Source: Candidatus Sumerlaeales bacterium
GTDB taxonomy: Bacteria > Sumerlaeota > Sumerlaeia > Sumerlaeales > Sumerlaeaceae
Assembly: GCA_038243585.1 (NCBI GenBank)
Contig: JBBSQY010000053.1
Span: 1 to 20,688, forward strand
Reading direction: 5' to 3'
Length of the DNA stretch: 20,688 nucleotides
The translations under genes and the position numbers were made by a program. Numbering within the stretch: the first letter of the stretch is position 1; each line of letters opens with the position of its first letter. Of the stretch, positions 17,613 through 20,688 are shown one piece after another. Under the pieces are notes generated by a model. The model saw only the letters and a list, made by a program, of their open reading frames with translations. It searched no databases and was not told the origin of the DNA.

Positions 17613-18749
17613 ATGCCTAAAACCATTAATGTCGGCATGATCGGCTATGCCTTTATGGGCAAAGCCCACAGCGCCGCGTATCGCGATGTTCCCCGTTATT
17701 TTCCTGAGCTTGACTTGCAACCGGAAATGAAGGCCATCTGTGGCCGAAATGAAAAGGCTGTAAGAGAAGCCGCTGAACAATTCGGTTGGGATTCCTATGA
17801 GACCGATGCCATGGCTCTTATTAATCGTACAGATATTCAGGTAGTGGATGTGTCGTCTCCAGGTTGGGCACATAGAGATCAAGTGATCGCTGCAGCAAAA
17901 GCGGGCAAACATATTATTTGCGAAAAACCCATCGCAAACAATCTGGCCGACGCCAGGGCGATGGCGAAGGCCGTGACAGAAGCGGGCGTTTCCAGCTTTG
18001 TGATGTTTAACTATCGACGGGTGCCGGCGGTAGCACTTGCCCGGCAAATGATCGAGGCCGGTGAAATTGGTGAGATTTACCACATACGCGCTTGTTATCT
18101 GCAGGACTGGATCGCCGATCCACAGTTTCCAATGGTTTGGCGGCTGGACAAAGAGCTGGCGGGCAGTGGTGCCTTGGGAGATATTGGCAGCCATATTATT
18201 GACCTGGGTCGTTTTCTTGTGGGTGAACTGGAAGAAGTCTGTGCCACCACGAAAACGTTTATCAAGGAACGACCTACCGCCCCTGGCTCAAAAGAAACGG
18301 GAACGGTGACAGTTGACGACGCGGCGGCCTGGCTTGCGCATTTCAAAAACGGTGCCCTTGGAACCTTCGAAGCCACGCGTTTTGCCCGAGGACGAAAGAA
18401 CGCCAACCGGTTTGAAATTTTTGGATCAAAAGGCAGCCTGGCGTTTGATTTTGAAGAAATGAACAAATTACAGTTTTGGTCTGCCGCGGATAGTGAAAAG
18501 TTTCAGGGGTTCCGGGAAATCCTAGTGACGGAATCCGGGCACCCGTATATGGATGCGTGGTGGCCTCCAGGTCACATCATTGGCTATCAGCATACTTTCG
18601 TAAACGCGCTGCGCGACTTCTTTGATGCTATAAGTAAAGGGGTTAAACCTTCCCCAGACATAAATGATGGCGTAGCAGTACAGGCGGCGCTTGAGGCCAT
18701 AGCGCAGAGCTCTGACACTCGCAGTTGGGTCAGGCTGGACGATCTTTAG
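17613..18749 (+). CDS. Gfo/Idh/MocA family NAD(P)-dependent oxidoreductase
   Basis: VGMIGYAFMGKAH, AGKHIICEKP, FNYRRVPA, GSGALGDIGSHIID and WWPPGHIIGY motifs. ATG 17613 lies downstream of GAGG; the ORF is open from 17487. Confidence 0.93.
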   Translation: MPKTINVGMIGYAFMGKAHSAAYRDVPRYFPELDLQPEMKAICGRNEKAVREAAEQFGWDSYETDAMALINRTDIQVVDVSSPGWAHRDQVIAAAKAGKHIICEKPIANNLADARAMAKAVTEAGVSSFVMFNYRRVPAVALARQMIEAGEIGEIYHIRACYLQDWIADPQFPMVWRLDKELAGSGALGDIGSHIIDLGRFLVGELEEVCATTKTFIKERPTAPGSKETGTVTVDDAAAWLAHFKNGALGTFEATRFARGRKNANRFEIFGSKGSLAFDFEEMNKLQFWSAADSEKFQGFREILVTESGHPYMDAWWPPGHIIGYQHTFVNALRDFFDAISKGVKPSPDINDGVAVQAALEAIAQSSDTRSWVRLDDL

Positions 18750-18803
18750 CAGATGTGACTGTCCTTGACTGAATTTACTTCTGTGACTTCACACAATTTT
18801 CTT

Positions 18804-18819
18804 TGGCACGCGATTTGAT
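18804..18819 (+). promoter_or_regulatory. Candidate sigma-54 (-24/-12) promoter
   Basis: TGGCACGCGATTTGAT versus consensus TGGCACG-N4-TTGC(A/T). GG-N10 spacing is correct, but the -12 element reads GA instead of GC. It lies about 50 nt upstream of ATG 18868. Confidence 0.45.
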
Positions 18820-18867
18820 TAGGTTTATAGCGAGAACTTAAACAAAACGCATCCGAGGAAACAGACA

Positions 18868-19380
18868 ATGAACACTACGATGAGAATGAAGGCAATTCCC
18901 TACGAGCAGGCCGCACCCTCGCAAGAAGGGCTTATGTTCGAGCAAATTGTCACCGTCAAACGCATTGTAATCACTTCGGCAATGTTGTTGGTATTCGCGC
19001 TAATGGCCTTGGGATTTAGCACGGCTCAGGCCGGGGTCTCAAGTTCCTGGCACTCGGATTTCGAATCAGCTAGAGATCAGTCGCAGCGCCTCAACAAGCC
19101 TTTATTTGTGATGATTGCGCGGGAAGGGTGTCATGCCTGCGCTGAGATGGAACAACATCTGGCTAATTCCTCCAGCCGCCGCGCCCTCAGCGGAGCAGTT
19201 AAAGTTCGTCTGGAGTCTTCCGCAAATCCTCAGATGACGGCGCGTTACGCCGCCGGCGGCACTCCGACAACTCTTGTTTTTGCCCCTGGCAATTATCAGG
19301 CTCCAGTCTACTCCTTTACCGGAGTAATGGATACAGGCACAATTGTTCAGGTAGGCCGCAGTCTTAACAGCATGAATTAA
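18868..19380 (+). CDS. Exported thioredoxin-family protein (CHAC active site)
   Basis: GAGGA Shine-Dalgarno; hydrophobic signal ending TAQA. W..DFE.A...S....KPLFV, GCHAC and cis-Pro loop GTPT. Confidence 0.85.
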   Translation: MNTTMRMKAIPYEQAAPSQEGLMFEQIVTVKRIVITSAMLLVFALMALGFSTAQAGVSSSWHSDFESARDQSQRLNKPLFVMIAREGCHACAEMEQHLANSSSRRALSGAVKVRLESSANPQMTARYAAGGTPTTLVFAPGNYQAPVYSFTGVMDTGTIVQVGRSLNSMN

Positions 19381-19411
19381 ACCGATTTGATTCAACCCTC
19401 CAAGGTAATGT

Positions 19412-19450
19412 AAACGCCGCCATATCGATAGATATGGCGGCGTTTTAATT
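19412..19450 (+). terminator. Intrinsic terminator, possibly bidirectional
   Basis: Perfect 15-bp stem AAACGCCGCCATATC-GATA-GATATGGCGGCGTTT with a T-rich tail, 31 nt after the thioredoxin stop. Confidence 0.85.
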
Positions 19451-19720
19451 TCAGTAGCAGTCGTCCCGCCGGTGTAGCCTAAGGTTTGAAAGGAGCTGCG
19501 TAGCCCATCATTCCTTTATCTGATCAACCGCACCGGCACACATGTCATGATAAATGTATTGACATATCCTTATACAATCAGCGGGTTAGTATTGTTTTCA
19601 ACCTGCATTATTATGAAATTCTGACCGAATTTCGTCACTTCCAACCGTAAAAATTTGATTTCCCAGAATGCTAATGGAGCAAGCCTGTAGTAAGCACACG
19701 ATGTCGCAACATCGCCCTGC

Positions 19721-19796
<76 letters not shown>

Positions 19797-19840
19797 TTTT
19801 TCTTAACTACGCGCCGCCTTCGCAATAGGGCTTTGAACTC

Positions 19841-20686
19841 TTAACGCTTGTCCCCTACAATCGCATCGTACACCAAATGGATTATGCTGCCGTATCCTTG
19901 ACCTGTGGTAGCAGCCATTCCCATTTCACAGGTGCGGCAGGTGGAATAGTACCGGGCGTCGCTAGCCGCATCCGCCCCGCACGGACCGGCTTTTCCGGCA
20001 ATCACAGATGGATCACCCTCGGAGCCGGCCTCCAGTCCCATTTTTCTACGAATTTCGCCTGCCTCCGGAGATGTCGCGCTTATAGTCAGTTCCGGGTATA
20101 GCAATCCCCTGTCACCAGCAAACCCACAGCATTCGGCCAGCACCGGCAGCTCCACATCGTCTGCAAAGGTATTGGCCACTTTCAGCAGATCAGGGGTCCA
20201 TCCTTGTTTCATTACTGTACACGTCGGATGCAGCACGACCTGACGCTTCAGCTTCGGCCAGGTTTCTCGCTCCGGCAGAATCTCCTTCGCCAGCCAGGTT
20301 GGCAGGTCCAGGATTCGCAGCTTTTTCCAACGTGCGAGCGCTTCGCCTCCAAGATATCTGTCACACTGGATCAACTGGCCGGTGCATGGAGAAGTGTCGC
20401 TTATAATTGTCCAGCGTCCGCCATCGCTTGCTTCCCATAAGGCGGCCACCGTTTTTTCCGCCGCGATGCGTCCTGCGTCATCGAACCCCTTGCTAAAGAA
20501 AGGCTGACCGCAGCACAGCCCGCCCAATCCTTTGGGCCAGATAACCTGGCGGCCACACGCTTGCGCAACGGCCACAACCGCTTCCGGAACGGAGACGCTG
20601 GAGGGCTCGCCGGCTATCACGCCCATGGAACGGGTAAGACAGGTGGCGAAATAGACAACCTTAGTTCCAATAAAAGCGGGATCAAG
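19841..20686 (-). CDS. C-terminal CCG domains of an FAD- and Fe-S-binding oxidoreductase (Fe-S-type D-lactate dehydrogenase-like), 5'-truncated by window edge
   Basis: The frame stays open to the edge (LDPAFIGTKVVYFATCLTRSMG). Motifs LCCGQPFFSKG, DTSPC, LHPTC, CCGFAGDRG..YPELT.SA and STCRTCE.GM. Confidence 0.88.
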   Translation of the reverse strand, partial: LDPAFIGTKVVYFATCLTRSMGVIAGEPSSVSVPEAVVAVAQACGRQVIWPKGLGGLCCGQPFFSKGFDDAGRIAAEKTVAALWEASDGGRWTIISDTSPCTGQLIQCDRYLGGEALARWKKLRILDLPTWLAKEILPERETWPKLKRQVVLHPTCTVMKQGWTPDLLKVANTFADDVELPVLAECCGFAGDRGLLYPELTISATSPEAGEIRRKMGLEAGSEGDPSVIAGKAGPCGADAASDARYYSTCRTCEMGMAATTGQGYGSIIHLVYDAIVGDKR

Positions 20687-20688
20687 TA

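Noticed and set aside
17607..18466. Long antisense ORFs (195 aa and 123 aa) and the other nested ORFs in the track
   Set aside because: They are shadows of well-supported genes on the opposite strand or another frame, with no recognisable motifs.
19451..19543. Minus-strand mini-ORF with in-frame TGA (MCAGAVDQIKE*WATQ...) as a selenopeptide
   Set aside because: No Shine-Dalgarno, no redox motif and no convincing SECIS; likely chance.

Overview
A bacterial chromosomal window of about 20.7 kb, mostly housekeeping and cell-surface genes. In order: partial DedA protein, peroxiredoxin-like protein, DUF3891-like protein, small Cys-rich exported protein, purN-purB, a secreted protein with a C-terminal 'DWxLF' tail, a polysaccharide deacetylase and a GT-C-type membrane protein. 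Next come an acyl-CoA-dehydrogenase-fold gene tightly coupled to a hybrid histidine kinase, tRNA-Leu(TAA), an AT-rich spacer with a small peptide ORF, a full-length but catalytically degenerate DnaE homolog, a Gfo/Idh/MocA oxidoreductase, an exported thioredoxin-like protein, tRNA-Glu(TTC) and the 3' end of an FAD/Fe-S lactate-dehydrogenase-type gene. The main points of interest are four. (1) An intact 1063-aa DnaE paralog appears to have lost the catalytic aspartates, most PHP metal ligands and part of the fingers. (2) An ACAD-fold protein lacking the catalytic Glu is paired with a kinase that has an N-terminal pseudo-receiver, a possible undescribed sensing module. (3) There is an orphan RiPP-precursor-like peptide. 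(4) There is a candidate structured RNA upstream of tRNA-Glu. The DWxLF tail tentatively suggests Candidatus Sumerlaeota (BRC1); this is from recollection and was not verified. All family calls come from motif recognition by eye, and no searches were run.
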